A stretch of DNA of 64,000 nt from Candidatus Heimdallarchaeota archaeon (lineage in GTDB: Archaea; Asgardarchaeota; Heimdallarchaeia; Heimdallarchaeales; Heimdallarchaeaceae), in assembly GCA_019057375.1 (NCBI GenBank), contig DXJF01000032.1, positions 1-64,000 on the forward strand. The letters are read 5' to 3'. Shown here piece after piece: positions 46,014 through 57,417 of the stretch. Below the pieces are notes generated by a model. It was not told where the DNA came from. It was given only the letters and a program-made list of their open reading frames with translations, and did not search any database. Position 1 is the first letter of the stretch. The number at the start of each line of letters is the position of its first letter. The position numbers were made by a program, and so were the translations under genes.

Positions 46014-47642
46014 TCAGCTCTCTTTTTTCTTATCTAATCGATCTTTATTTCTTCTCCTTACCTTTGCTTTTTCAACAAATTCATCCTCTGCTGGCCAAAG
46101 GAATGTGGCTATAGATGTTAGCATTAGAAGAATGACGATAGGTACTAAAATACCTACAATATTATATGCAAAATTATCACTAACGCCTGATACTCTGAAA
46201 ACAACTAACAGCGCCAAACCACCAAGAATAATTCCAATAATTTCACTTATAGAAATAATGGTTTGTTGAATGCTCATAGTTGCACCATGGAATTCTGCTT
46301 GTTTTTCTAATTCAACTTCTGTTTTTGAAACACTATTTTTTATATCTAAAGAACTACTATCGCCAAGCCTTCCACTGATTGCTGGAAAATATGCTGAGCT
46401 CATCAAAACAGCTACTCCTAGTAATAGTAGTATCCAAATATTACTATAGAGACCATTAGGGTCGAATTCAGAAGAGGGATCGTGCCAAGGCTGTCCTCCT
46501 GTTAGAAGGTTTGTAAAGAAAGCAATACCTATTCCTGCTACAAGCAAAATCAACCCCATTACTCCAATAGCTAAAGTTTTCTTTCTTCCAATTTTATCTG
46601 CAACCCACCCCCATAAAAACATTGGAAGACCCATGGCTAGAGTTATTCCTACTGTTGCATAACTAGCAGTACCTGGCGTAGACTCAATTGATAAAATTAG
46701 GAAACCCCAATTGTTTAACACTCCTATAATTGATGCCGTCCCAATTAAAGGTAAAATAATTCCTCGCCTGCGTTTATTTGTCATCATTCGCCAAGATGTG
46801 GCTAATTCCTTCTTTATACTGTACTTTTCTTCCTTTACAACTGATTTTGTTTTATCAACCATGAAGTAAACAACAACAGCTGATATAATTATCGCGAAAC
46901 CAAAAAGAAGATAGATGTATGCCAGTCTTCCTGGATTTACTGGATCCCAGAAATTAATGAATTTACTTGCTGTAATTTCATCAAATCCAAATACAATTCT
47001 GTTTTTACCTCTATACCATCTAACCTTTTCATCAATCCCCACAATTTTATCATAAAGTAATCCTGCAAGGATAACACCAACTGAACGCCCAACAGTGACA
47101 GCAACATTATAAAATCCAATCCTAGTTGCTCGGTTTTCATAAACAGAGAATCTAGAGATGTAACCGTAAGAAGCATTTACTTTGCACGACCCAGCTAAAC
47201 CATGAAGGAAATGATAAAGACTCATACCAAAAATCAGTAACCCATTTGTTAAGGGAATTATTCCTATCCATCCGAGCCAATTTAGTGCACAAATTCCATA
47301 GCCACCTAGGATCAACCCCCCAGCTGCTGTACCGAATAAAATCCACCTTTTAGCATCTGAAGTATCTGATTTGAAACCAAAAAACCCTGAACTAAAAATA
47401 ACAGCAAGTGCATAAGTTATTTCAACTACAATCACAGAGATATTAGCTGCCCAACCCTCCATACCCAAGTGCTCCCAGATGAAGATTGGCATTAAAACAG
47501 TAGTACTACCAAATGCTACACGTAAAAAGAAAGTTGATATCAAAATACCAATAAGAGATAAGTTTGGATGAGGAAGTTTATACAAACTTTCTTCGCGCTC
47601 AGCAGAAGAATCAGAGTTTGTTTTTGGAGCATCTTCACTCAT
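46014..47642 (-). CDS. MFS transporter
   Basis: GFFGFKSD, GFYNVA...G, WGWVADKIGRKK; about 12 TM helices. Confidence 0.85.
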   Translation of the reverse strand: MSEDAPKTNSDSSAEREESLYKLPHPNLSLIGILISTFFLRVAFGSTTVLMPIFIWEHLGMEGWAANISVIVVEITYALAVIFSSGFFGFKSDTSDAKRWILFGTAAGGLILGGYGICALNWLGWIGIIPLTNGLLIFGMSLYHFLHGLAGSCKVNASYGYISRFSVYENRATRIGFYNVAVTVGRSVGVILAGLLYDKIVGIDEKVRWYRGKNRIVFGFDEITASKFINFWDPVNPGRLAYIYLLFGFAIIISAVVVYFMVDKTKSVVKEEKYSIKKELATSWRMMTNKRRRGIILPLIGTASIIGVLNNWGFLILSIESTPGTASYATVGITLAMGLPMFLWGWVADKIGRKKTLAIGVMGLILLVAGIGIAFFTNLLTGGQPWHDPSSEFDPNGLYSNIWILLLLGVAVLMSSAYFPAISGRLGDSSSLDIKNSVSKTEVELEKQAEFHGATMSIQQTIISISEIIGIILGGLALLVVFRVSGVSDNFAYNIVGILVPIVILLMLTSIATFLWPAEDEFVEKAKVRRRNKDRLDKKKES

Positions 47643-47885
47643 ATTGACTTATCCCGTAATTTATGAAGAAAAGAGTTTGTGAGTGATATTAAAATTTATG
47701 GTTTAAATGTAGGTAAGAGCTCATTAAAATTTGAATAAATTTCTTTTTGTTAATCACTTTATTATAAAAACAAAATAGCTTATTGTCACACGCAGTAGCG
47801 TAAAGTATTTAAGAAAGGCATAAAGTATTTAATATTGTAGTTACATAAAGTAATCAATAATAGTTATAGATGGAGAATAAAAAAA

Positions 47886-48314
47886 ATGAGCAGCGAAAAG
47901 CAATCAGTAACGATCGCAAAGATGGTGAAATTAGAGGCTGAAAAGCCAATTGAACTACCAGAAGAATTCTTATCAGCCCTTAAACCAGATGGCAAAACAT
48001 TTGCAGTACTTATATTAGCACCTAATACAAGAATTATTAGGATTATTCCTACAAGTACTAATGAAGTAGCCAAGATTAATATCAACATCGGAAAACTCTC
48101 TCCAGATTTCCTTCGTAAAATGGGATCCATCTTCATCAGGCTTGGTATTAAAACACTTTACAGCACCGGTTTATGCTTTACTCAGTCAGCCTGCGTATAT
48201 GAGGGTTACATCGATTCTGATGAACTTAAAGAAGTTAGCATTGACCAGATTAAGGATGAACTCGAGAGAATCGAAGGCGTTTCGAGCGTCGAAGTTGATG
48301 CCTTAACTGCCTAG
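47886..48314 (+). CDS. Conserved-looking hypothetical protein with C-terminal ACT-like domain
   Basis: beta-alpha-beta-beta-alpha-beta pattern (KININI..DFLRKM..YSTGLC..ELERIEGVSSVEV). Confidence 0.6.
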   Translation: MSSEKQSVTIAKMVKLEAEKPIELPEEFLSALKPDGKTFAVLILAPNTRIIRIIPTSTNEVAKININIGKLSPDFLRKMGSIFIRLGIKTLYSTGLCFTQSACVYEGYIDSDELKEVSIDQIKDELERIEGVSSVEVDALTA

Positions 48315-48329
48315 AGGAGCGAACCATCG

Positions 48330-49043
48330 TTGGTTCGACGGAGAGTAAAGGAAAAACGTCTCACTTTGCTGCTCCATCCATTACGTAGAGAGCTTTACCG
48401 TCTTGTGTGTGAGACCCCAGGTGTATATTTTTTTGAATTATCTAGTGCTTTAACTGCACCTCATGGTACTATTAATTGGCATTTAAGAAAACTAGAAGAA
48501 GCTATGCTTATTAAATCTATCAAATTTGGTGGAAAAAGAGTTTATTTTTCTAGAACTTTACGTTCTGAGGATGTGGAAAAAGCCTTTGTTGTTCTCAAAC
48601 ATTCTACAGCAAGGAAAATCTTTGCTTACATTTTGAACAATGAAGGATGTCATCAAACTCTAATAGCTAAATCCTTAGGAATTCATCATGACACAGTTCG
48701 TCATCACACAGATAGAATGGTACAAGCTAACTTAGTATCAAAATTTAACGTAGGTAGAAAAACTTGTTATAAACTGGATGAAGTGGGTTTAAAAATACAA
48801 GAGGAGAGCATCAATACTATCTCTAATACATATGTAGCAGCTCTAATGGATATTCTTGAAGAAAACTGTTTACATCCGGAAATAGAGGAAGTTTCCAAGG
48901 ATCACTTGACAGTAAGGATAGAATGTCCAGGGTCAACTGATGCAACTTTTACAATATCCCTTTCTCAGTGGACATTTGATGAAGAATGGGAGGAAACTAT
49001 ACAAACTGATATTGAAAAAGAAAAAATTGAGGAAGCAACTTAA
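48330..49043 (+). CDS. Tandem winged-helix (ArsR-like) transcriptional regulator
   Basis: LHPLRRELY...PG....HGTINWHLRKLEE, and a second HTH ARKIFAYI..NEG..HDTVRHH. Confidence 0.85.
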   Translation: MVRRRVKEKRLTLLLHPLRRELYRLVCETPGVYFFELSSALTAPHGTINWHLRKLEEAMLIKSIKFGGKRVYFSRTLRSEDVEKAFVVLKHSTARKIFAYILNNEGCHQTLIAKSLGIHHDTVRHHTDRMVQANLVSKFNVGRKTCYKLDEVGLKIQEESINTISNTYVAALMDILEENCLHPEIEEVSKDHLTVRIECPGSTDATFTISLSQWTFDEEWEETIQTDIEKEKIEEAT

Positions 49044-49130
49044 TCTAGAAACATTTTTTGTTTTTCCGTTAGTTTTAATTTCTATCATTAAAATACTTTT
49101 ATAAGGGAATTTGTCACATAATCTTAAGGA

Positions 49131-50153
49131 GTGTTAGATATGAGTTCTAAGGAGAAAACCAAATCTCGAAAGAGCACAAAGACTTCAAAAACTAGTTTGA
49201 AAACAATTTCAACAAAAATTAATGAAATTTACACTAATATGAGTAGAGTGATTGTAGGTCAAAAAGAGGTAATTAACGCTATGATTACTGCTGTTTTAGC
49301 AGACGGTCACGTTTTACTTGAAGGTGTACCAGGAATAGCAAAAACTTTAATGGTTAGAGCACTTGCAAAAGCAATATCAGCAGATTTCAAAAGAATACAA
49401 TTCACACCAGATCTGATGCCTTCTGATGTTACAGGAGTAATGGCTTTTAAACCAGAAACGGGAGATTTTTACTTCAAGGAAGGACCGGTATTTACAAACT
49501 TGTTACTTGCAGACGAGATTAACAGAGCACCACCAAAAACACAAGCAGCGATGTTAGAGAGCATGCAGGAAAAACAAGTAACAATAGAAAAACAAACAAC
49601 AGCTCTACCAGATCCGTTCATAGTTTTCGCAACTCAGAATCCAATTGAAACCGAAGGAACTTATCCTTTACCTGAAGCACAGATCGACAGATTTGCATTC
49701 AAGGTTTTAGTATCCTATCCCACTGAAGACGAGGAAACTGAGATAGTCAATCGTTTCACTGGAGAGTATGATTCTTATGACATACTGGATGAAATTGTTC
49801 CAGTACTAACTGCTGCTGAAGTAATAAGTTTACAAAAGGTTGTTAGAAAAGAAGTTAGTATTTCTGAAGAGCTTTCTAAGTATATTGTTAGAATTGTCAC
49901 TTTAACTAGAGAAAGTGAGGAGGTTTACATGGGTGCTAGTCCACGAGCTAGTCTTTGGATGACCATCTCAGCCAAAGCATCAGCAGCTATGGATGGAAGA
50001 AATTATGTTAATCCTCTTGATATTCAAAAAGTGGCTAAAAATGTTCTTCGTCACAGAGTTCTCATTAAACCTGAGTATGAATTCGACGGGACCACTTCGG
50101 AGATAATCATTGACAGGATTCTAAAACATACTCCCGCTCCAAGCATTCAATAA
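49131..50153 (+). CDS. moxR: MoxR-family (MRP) AAA+ ATPase
   Basis: [67 protein letters not shown]. Confidence 0.97.
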   Translation: MLDMSSKEKTKSRKSTKTSKTSLKTISTKINEIYTNMSRVIVGQKEVINAMITAVLADGHVLLEGVPGIAKTLMVRALAKAISADFKRIQFTPDLMPSDVTGVMAFKPETGDFYFKEGPVFTNLLLADEINRAPPKTQAAMLESMQEKQVTIEKQTTALPDPFIVFATQNPIETEGTYPLPEAQIDRFAFKVLVSYPTEDEETEIVNRFTGEYDSYDILDEIVPVLTAAEVISLQKVVRKEVSISEELSKYIVRIVTLTRESEEVYMGASPRASLWMTISAKASAAMDGRNYVNPLDIQKVAKNVLRHRVLIKPEYEFDGTTSEIIIDRILKHTPAPSIQ

Positions 50154-50159
50154 TAGAGA

Positions 50160-52349
50160 TTGAGATTCATGAAGCTAAATCGTAAGTATTTCTTACTAAT
50201 CGTTATTTGTTTAGAAATGGTTATGTTAGTGGGGGGGAGTATCTACATTATCAATGCTAAAACCAATAATGTAGTCGCACAAGAAACTGATTTCACTGTC
50301 GTAATTTCTAAAGATCAGTATTATTTCAAAAACGATACAATGAGAACAGATGGCTATATCTATTGGGTTGACTTAAACTCTCCTGGTGGATACCTAACCA
50401 TCTATGGGAATACTTCCGACATGTATGAAATAGTCTTTTGGGATGGCATCGGTGATATGAATGAGGATCAAGATTATTTTCTTGAACCCGACAGAATAAG
50501 GGTGTTACCAAGAACAACTGGATTAAACTATAGAATTAGGAGCAATTATTATCCTGATTATTTCCTTGATACCAACTTTGTAGTAATATTTGACACTTTT
50601 TGGGCTCAATTTAGTTATCTAACTCCCGATGGAGACGAAAGATATTCTCCAGTAACATATCATAATAAACAATTATTACCCGAGGATGCTGGTCTAGTGA
50701 GTTTTGCTCCCACCGATAATGCAGTAATTGTTAAAGAAGGGGACTCTTTTGGAATAACATGGGATTATGAAGAAAGAGCAATGGACCCATTCCATGAACC
50801 GTTGACATATGAAATTACTTACAATTTTGATCCAATTTATCTACAGTTTACAGAACAGATGTTTGAAAACCAATCTCAACAACAAGAGATTGAACAAGTT
50901 GAGAGTTTGTTAAATCTATTACAAATTTACTTTAAACTTATTGCATTTATTGCGATAGCAATTAGCATATTTGCTGCACTCTTTGGTTATTTAAGAGCTA
51001 AAAGGAAATTCAAATCCAAGCTTAATGAAGCACGAAGTATGCCTAAAAAGATGTTAAAAGATATTGAAGCTGAAATAGACCCCCGGAAAAGAGTATCATC
51101 ACTCTTCAACGCTTTCTTTATCTTACTTTTAATCTCTCCAGCACTTTATACGAATCAGCAGATGACAACTGATATGGATGTTGTAGCAAATAATAAAATG
51201 GTTACAATAGAGGGATATACTCCCATCATGACAAGTGAAAGAGATATTAGGTATGAAGCCTCTATCGAACTGGGAGAGGATGGAATTGCATTTGAGACAG
51301 TTATTATGGAATTACCTTTTACAGTGGATAATTTCAGTATTTGGGCTGATACAAGTTCAGTTTTAGAATTCAGAGCATATAATGAATTTCATGCCCCCCT
51401 ATCTTATCAACAATTCAGTGATAAATATGTAATAAGAAATCTTCAAGGCTTTATTGAGTATGAAATAGTACGACCTTATACATATTATAACAATAGCAAT
51501 ATCCTAGTATATCTTGATTATTTCTGGTTATTATTCGTCGATCCTGTATTGCAAGATGAATCTCTACCACCAATTTATTCAAAGGCAGATATCAAATTTA
51601 CAGTTATTGTTCCAGAGGGGGCAATATTATACAGTGCATCACCTGAAAGCATTCTAACTCTAAGTCAAACTCCAGAAGGTAGAAGAAAAGTAACTTTCAT
51701 TGATGAAGATAGAGATATTGATCCTTATCATGATTTGTTTTCAACGCAAATTACTTATTCATTTATTGATGTAATTGAAGCAATAGAAAATCAATCTGCT
51801 AGATTTGAACACTTCAGAGTTGAAACAAAAATATCTGAAGAGCAGAGGGCTTCTTTAAGTAGAAATCTTATATTTATCAGTTTATTAGGTTTGATTGCAC
51901 CTATTCTAGCTTTTCTATTAACATATTTTATTGTTCGAAGAAGAATGTTAAGAAAAATTCAAGAAGAGGAGCAAAAATATGAAATGCTTGTTTCAGTTGA
52001 AGAAATACAATTACAGGCTATGAATAGAGCTAAGGAAATAGATGCTTCATCAGAACCATGGAAAGCAATGTTGGGTGAGTACTGGGAATTATTGGGATAT
52101 ATTAGTAGGATTGTACCAGTAAACTTACTAGCAGCGCCTGAAGAAATCCATGAGAGAACAGACAGACAATATATTCCTTCCAACCTTATTACTGAGACTT
52201 TAGAGATTCTCTCAGTAGGGGGAGCACTTTCAAACAGCTGGATAAGCGATGAGCAGATCTACTATAATAAACAACAAGCTCGAGATTATTTAGAATCCGT
52301 AATGAAATTAATCGAGAAAATAGAAAAATGGAGAAAAGATCAAAAATGA
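50160..52349 (+). CDS. Large membrane protein of the MoxR operon with two extracytoplasmic beta-rich domains
   Basis: Signal peptide, ectodomain 1, TM pair, ectodomain 2, TM, helical tail; internal duplication visible. Confidence 0.8.
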   Translation: MRFMKLNRKYFLLIVICLEMVMLVGGSIYIINAKTNNVVAQETDFTVVISKDQYYFKNDTMRTDGYIYWVDLNSPGGYLTIYGNTSDMYEIVFWDGIGDMNEDQDYFLEPDRIRVLPRTTGLNYRIRSNYYPDYFLDTNFVVIFDTFWAQFSYLTPDGDERYSPVTYHNKQLLPEDAGLVSFAPTDNAVIVKEGDSFGITWDYEERAMDPFHEPLTYEITYNFDPIYLQFTEQMFENQSQQQEIEQVESLLNLLQIYFKLIAFIAIAISIFAALFGYLRAKRKFKSKLNEARSMPKKMLKDIEAEIDPRKRVSSLFNAFFILLLISPALYTNQQMTTDMDVVANNKMVTIEGYTPIMTSERDIRYEASIELGEDGIAFETVIMELPFTVDNFSIWADTSSVLEFRAYNEFHAPLSYQQFSDKYVIRNLQGFIEYEIVRPYTYYNNSNILVYLDYFWLLFVDPVLQDESLPPIYSKADIKFTVIVPEGAILYSASPESILTLSQTPEGRRKVTFIDEDRDIDPYHDLFSTQITYSFIDVIEAIENQSARFEHFRVETKISEEQRASLSRNLIFISLLGLIAPILAFLLTYFIVRRRMLRKIQEEEQKYEMLVSVEEIQLQAMNRAKEIDASSEPWKAMLGEYWELLGYISRIVPVNLLAAPEEIHERTDRQYIPSNLITETLEILSVGGALSNSWISDEQIYYNKQQARDYLESVMKLIEKIEKWRKDQK

Positions 52350-53020
52350 AAACCAAATTAAAAATCTTCTATTTTATGGTGATATCGCTTCTTATTGCGA
52401 GTATATTTCCAATTTATCATTCAGTTGGGCAAGAAGGTGTGTATACTTCCCCCACATATTCATTTGAAATAGATGAAAATACTAATTTCACGGTCGTTTC
52501 TCAAGCACCTCTCACTTGGCAACAAAATCAATATGAAAATATAACAGTCATAATAAAAACTTCAGGATTAGCAGTAGGTGAGAATCTCTCGTTAACTTTA
52601 GTTTCTTTCTTCTTTAATTATCCAGAAGATCCAATTCCTCACTCATCTGGTTCAAAAATAATAAACCAAAACCTTACACAAATAGATCAAATCTATGAAT
52701 TTAATAAAACATTTGTCCCACCAGATGAAGAGAGATTCAATATAACCATCAAGATTATTGCTAATAGTACTGGAGTTCCTGCTGCTCAAGAGTTTTTTGC
52801 TCAATTTCCTGGAGATGAAACATATATTGAAGTTGAAAAAAGTAAAGCGTTACCCGTAATCAATCTTCCAGGCTTTCCCGATCCACAGACTTTCGTTAGA
52901 TGGATATTCATTTTTCTTGTAATTATTGGGATTATATCTCTACCATCTATCTTTGTAGCATATACGAAAATCCAGGAAAAGGTGAAAGGTAGAAAAACGA
53001 AAGGAGATGATAAGAAATGA
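52328..53020 (+). CDS. Membrane-anchored Ig-like protein of the MoxR operon
   Basis: Signal peptide, beta-strand-rich domain, C-terminal TM followed by basic residues. Confidence 0.75.
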   Translation: MEKRSKMKTKLKIFYFMVISLLIASIFPIYHSVGQEGVYTSPTYSFEIDENTNFTVVSQAPLTWQQNQYENITVIIKTSGLAVGENLSLTLVSFFFNYPEDPIPHSSGSKIINQNLTQIDQIYEFNKTFVPPDEERFNITIKIIANSTGVPAAQEFFAQFPGDETYIEVEKSKALPVINLPGFPDPQTFVRWIFIFLVIIGIISLPSIFVAYTKIQEKVKGRKTKGDDKK

Positions 53021-54609
53021 GTTCTGAAGAAACTACAACTCCGCTTGAAAGATCCATGAAGAAGATGGATGTTCTAATGAGATCATTTGGAATGAGAACA
53101 AGGGTGTTCAAAGGTGCATCTAGAGCAGTAGTAAAAGGTACTCGAAAACTCTATCCTTATGAGCTGAATGCTACATTAGTAGAGACAGCTAGAGGGGTTG
53201 GAATTCGCGTTAGACTTGAAAAGATTTGGTACACATTCCTCAAACTCACCCCGTTCTTAATTGTTATACTCTTTTCTATCTTACAGGCAACAGTTCCTGC
53301 AGCAGGAGAAAGTATTGCAAGTGCGACAGGAGTAAATTTGTTTTTACTTCTTTTAGGAACAAATCCAAGTGGTTTAGGTATTTGGATAGCGCTACCGATT
53401 ATAGGATTAATAATTGTTGGTGCAGAGATTCTAGAAAGAATCATTCGTGCAAAATATATTCAAGATCGAATGCCTAGATTTCTCAGTGGAGCTGAGTGGA
53501 CAGTTTCTGAACCACCAGTAGTTCTAGATCTCATTAGTTCTGCAAATAATCTATTCTGGTTAATGTATGTTGTACTAATTATTAGCTTTGCACCAATGTC
53601 CTTCCACGGAGATATATTTACTAAATTCTTAGAAGTATATGAAGTAGATGCGGGGGCGCTGATTGAAACTACAAAGTTTATTTCAATCTTGAATATAGGG
53701 TTTCTAGGTGGACTTTTGTTTGCGGTTCTTTATCAAAATTATGAAAAATTCAGAGGTAGTCTCGACAGACAACAGCTAAGACAAGATATCAAATTTGAGA
53801 GCCAAACAAGACAAATGTTTCAGGTCGCAATCGGAGCAACAATGTTTGCATCACTAATGCTAGTTGGATATTATTTCACATTTTGGTCAGGAATTACTGT
53901 AATTCAAGTTTTGATATTTTATGCAGTTACAATAATATCAAGTGTTCTTGGTGTATGGTTATTCTGGCAAAAAGAAGGCTATATCTTCATCACAATGGCA
54001 ATCTGGTTCTTCCTAAGTGCAGTAGTAATGATTTTTATGAATGCCAACAATCCATCTTATTCATGGATGATTATTTGCAACTTGTTCCTTATTGTTCTAG
54101 TAGTAGTTTTATCTCTGAATAGATATTTTACGAAAAATTTAGAACAGAAAGGAATTCATGAACCAAGCTGGATGTATAACTTCTTCCCATTATTTGCATT
54201 TATTTCAATACTAATCAAAAAGAAAGTTAGAATATCGAGAGGTGTGGACAAAGAACTTGATGAGATTCTAGAGGAGGAAATGAAGGATAGAGCAAAAGAG
54301 AAAGAACCGCTAGTTATCGACATGGATAAAATTAAGAAGAAAGGAAAAGAATCTATAAAAATTATCCAAACCTATCAGAAACTGCTCTCTAGAATTGTCA
54401 AGGGGGAGGTTAACATTGTATCTCTGGTTGGTCTAAATAATCTTGTCTTAGATATAATTAAAGATGATAGAAAATTACACAAGGAAGCTATTCAAGTTTT
54501 CAAAGTAGTTGATAGTTTACTTTGGGATGATAATTATGTTTTGAAACAAGGTGAAAATATTCTAACTTCTGCAGCAAACATCTATGAAGAACTTGTAAAA
54601 CGAAGGTGA
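53017..54609 (+). CDS. Multi-pass membrane protein of the MoxR operon
   Basis: About 10 hydrophobic helices and a C-terminal helical domain; ATGA overlap with the upstream gene. Confidence 0.8.
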   Translation: MSSEETTTPLERSMKKMDVLMRSFGMRTRVFKGASRAVVKGTRKLYPYELNATLVETARGVGIRVRLEKIWYTFLKLTPFLIVILFSILQATVPAAGESIASATGVNLFLLLLGTNPSGLGIWIALPIIGLIIVGAEILERIIRAKYIQDRMPRFLSGAEWTVSEPPVVLDLISSANNLFWLMYVVLIISFAPMSFHGDIFTKFLEVYEVDAGALIETTKFISILNIGFLGGLLFAVLYQNYEKFRGSLDRQQLRQDIKFESQTRQMFQVAIGATMFASLMLVGYYFTFWSGITVIQVLIFYAVTIISSVLGVWLFWQKEGYIFITMAIWFFLSAVVMIFMNANNPSYSWMIICNLFLIVLVVVLSLNRYFTKNLEQKGIHEPSWMYNFFPLFAFISILIKKKVRISRGVDKELDEILEEEMKDRAKEKEPLVIDMDKIKKKGKESIKIIQTYQKLLSRIVKGEVNIVSLVGLNNLVLDIIKDDRKLHKEAIQVFKVVDSLLWDDNYVLKQGENILTSAANIYEELVKRR

Positions 54610-54613
54610 ATTA

Positions 54614-55555
54614 ATGTCAGTAGCAGGTGAACTAAAAACTGTGAAAGAGAAGAAAGATAGCGTTAAAATTCCTCTAAAGAAGCTAAGGAGATTGGAGATT
54701 CTTGCAAAAGAGAAAACTACTAGCTTCCTTCAAGGACATAGACGATCCATCTTTCGAGGACCTGGTACTGAATATGCAGATTTAAGAGAATATATTGAGG
54801 GCGATGATCTCAGATTTGTAGATTGGAACGCATCATCCAGAGTTCCATTCAAATTAATAGTTAGGGACTATGAACAAGAAAGGAATACAAATGTTATATT
54901 AATGTTAGATACCAGTTATTCTATGTTATTGGGTGAACCAAATCCCAGAATTAAAATGGCAGTTGAAGCAATTGCCACCCTTGCATATACTGTTATGAAT
55001 AACAGAGATAATTTTGGATGGGTATCTTTCTCAGAAAAAATACACAAATATATTCCTGCTAGAGGTGGAAAAACACACCTTTATCATATTTTCAATGAAA
55101 TGTTGAAAATAGCTCCATTTGGTAGTACAAATATAGGTGAAACTGTAAAAGAAATTGCCTTAGCTCAGAAGAGAAGATCAATTATAATAGTACTTACAGA
55201 CCTTCATAGTAATCTTGAAGAAGCAATGGATGGGTTCAAGGTTGCCAATGTTAAGCATCACGATTTTAAACTATTTCATATTCATGATCCGGAAGAATTT
55301 TTGTTTCCTAAAAACCCTAGACAAGTAAAATATCAAGACCCTGAAACAGGAGAAATAAAAATTGTTAATTTTAGTAATTTACTTGAAAGAGGAAAGTTCA
55401 TGTATGAGCTCGGCCTCGAGATTAGAAAAATTAATGAATTTAAGCGAGAAGTTAGAGGTTTAAATATAGAAGTGATAGATGCGCCAACAACTGTTCTAAC
55501 AGAAAAACTATTGCTTACTTATTTTGGTTCAAAGAGGAGAGGACTAGTAAGATGA
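54614..55555 (+). CDS. DUF58 (VWA-fold) protein, MoxR partner
   Basis: GHRRSIFRGPGTEYADLREY..GDD.R.VDWNAS, VRDYEQER, LDTSYS, VLTD. Confidence 0.95.
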   Translation: MSVAGELKTVKEKKDSVKIPLKKLRRLEILAKEKTTSFLQGHRRSIFRGPGTEYADLREYIEGDDLRFVDWNASSRVPFKLIVRDYEQERNTNVILMLDTSYSMLLGEPNPRIKMAVEAIATLAYTVMNNRDNFGWVSFSEKIHKYIPARGGKTHLYHIFNEMLKIAPFGSTNIGETVKEIALAQKRRSIIIVLTDLHSNLEEAMDGFKVANVKHHDFKLFHIHDPEEFLFPKNPRQVKYQDPETGEIKIVNFSNLLERGKFMYELGLEIRKINEFKREVRGLNIEVIDAPTTVLTEKLLLTYFGSKRRGLVR

Positions 55556-57414
55556 AATACGTTCGAGTCAAGTCTCTATTTGTTCTACTGTTAATCATAA
55601 CCTCAAGCAATTTCATAATTATCACAACTTTTGAGTACGCAATTGCTGGGAGTCCTAGCTCAGGAGATATTCCCCCTCCAGATGGAGGAGGTTCAGATAC
55701 AAGTGGTGGGGGTTCTGCAGGAGGATTATATATGAATTATAGAATTCCTTTAGTAATAAAATCTGGACCATTTGCTCCGACTTTAATAACAATCAATACA
55801 TTCTATGATGGTGTTCCGATAATCTTCGGTTTCGAATCCATAGAACATGGAAATGAGACCATATTAAATGCAAATGAAACATTAATAATCAACCCTTTGC
55901 TTGAACCTAATTTAACTAATGGGTCTTTAATACAAACTTTTGCACCACTTCAGATAAATGTGTATCATCCATTTAGTAATTCATCTTTTGATGATACGTT
56001 CTCATATTCAACTCTTGTTATGTCTATGTGGGGGAAGCAGTATCAAAGTCAATATGACAATATGAAAGCAATGATAGTAGCTGGAATCAACTTAACAGAT
56101 GTCACAGTCACACATCCAGGAGAGGAAGCAGAATTTTATAATTTACCGATTATAGGTGACATATTAGAACTAGATGTACAAAAAGGAACAATAGTAGAAG
56201 CAAATGCACCCATAGGTGTGGTATTTTATTCTCTCTCAACTACTGGAGGATCATTTGCATATACTGCAATTCCTCGCTTTTTATGGGGTAAAAGATACTA
56301 TGGATATCCAGCTCAAGATATTGACTCTATACCCCTATTACAGGGTAACACTGAACTAACTTTATCTACAATAGGTGAAGGAGAAGATATACATCCTATA
56401 ACAAGTAATCTGAATGATCCATTAACGAATTTACCTGAAAACGGAGTGATAACACTTTCTAATAGTGGTCTTGCTTCTGGTGAATTTTATTTCAATATTA
56501 CTAGTAATTATATTAATTTTTCATTAACAGTAATGTACGACTATACTATTGATGGAACGGCTCATAAAGCAACAATTCAGTACATGGCATCAGAGAAAAT
56601 GACTTATGCTGAATTTTATTATTCAGCTTTAAGTTATACAAATCAAGAATTAGGTATTATTGTTCATAGAGAAGAATCTTGGATAATTCCAGTTATATCA
56701 GATGATAATGGAACCATTTACTATGATTTAGGAGGATTTGTTGAAAAGAATCTTGGCGATTCATTAACCTATATCTGGAACAATTCTCTTGGTATCATTG
56801 GGAATGGTTCATTTCATGGTTTTCTATTAACCTCGCCCCCAGAATCAGCAATTTGGAACAGTTCTGCTAACAATCTTTTCCCACTTAATCTAATATCATA
56901 CTTCGAAAACACAACCACATTCTTTCCGTCTTGGTATAGATTCCCTAACATAAATGTAAGAGAAGTAATTGTAAGTCCAACAAATCTTACAGAATTCAGG
57001 AGACTTCAATTGGATATAATGGTTCAGAATAATGGTTCAGTACCTTCTGCTCCTTTTTGGGTAAGGGTAGTTGTCAATGATACAATAAGAATCAACAAAA
57101 AAATTGAAGGGGGACTTGACATAATGGAAGCGATCCCAATCATTTTTGAAGAATTTCAGGGGTTCGGATTGAAGGTTTGGAATATTTCCATTTTTACAGA
57201 TTCTGAAAGTCAAATATATGAGCTTTACGAGTTTGATAATTCTTATCAATTATTTATTGAAGTAACTAGAAATTGGAATATAGTTTATACTGGAATTGCA
57301 ATAGCTGTTGTGATAGTATCTTTCATCATTTATAAAATTACAAAAAGATTAAGAAAATCAAGAAAGAGAAGAAAAACACAGTTTGATGTAATACTGAGTG
57401 ATATTGAGGTTTAA
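55552..57414 (+). CDS. Secreted, C-terminally anchored protein with IgGFc-binding-like repeats and a CARDB domain
   Basis: Signal peptide, GP-rich linker, two (M/L)WGK(Q/R)Y motifs, VQNNGSVPS....E..E.DN (CARDB), C-terminal TM plus basic tail. Confidence 0.7.
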   Translation: MKYVRVKSLFVLLLIITSSNFIIITTFEYAIAGSPSSGDIPPPDGGGSDTSGGGSAGGLYMNYRIPLVIKSGPFAPTLITINTFYDGVPIIFGFESIEHGNETILNANETLIINPLLEPNLTNGSLIQTFAPLQINVYHPFSNSSFDDTFSYSTLVMSMWGKQYQSQYDNMKAMIVAGINLTDVTVTHPGEEAEFYNLPIIGDILELDVQKGTIVEANAPIGVVFYSLSTTGGSFAYTAIPRFLWGKRYYGYPAQDIDSIPLLQGNTELTLSTIGEGEDIHPITSNLNDPLTNLPENGVITLSNSGLASGEFYFNITSNYINFSLTVMYDYTIDGTAHKATIQYMASEKMTYAEFYYSALSYTNQELGIIVHREESWIIPVISDDNGTIYYDLGGFVEKNLGDSLTYIWNNSLGIIGNGSFHGFLLTSPPESAIWNSSANNLFPLNLISYFENTTTFFPSWYRFPNINVREVIVSPTNLTEFRRLQLDIMVQNNGSVPSAPFWVRVVVNDTIRINKKIEGGLDIMEAIPIIFEEFQGFGLKVWNISIFTDSESQIYELYEFDNSYQLFIEVTRNWNIVYTGIAIAVVIVSFIIYKITKRLRKSRKRRKTQFDVILSDIEV

Positions 57415-57417
57415 TAA

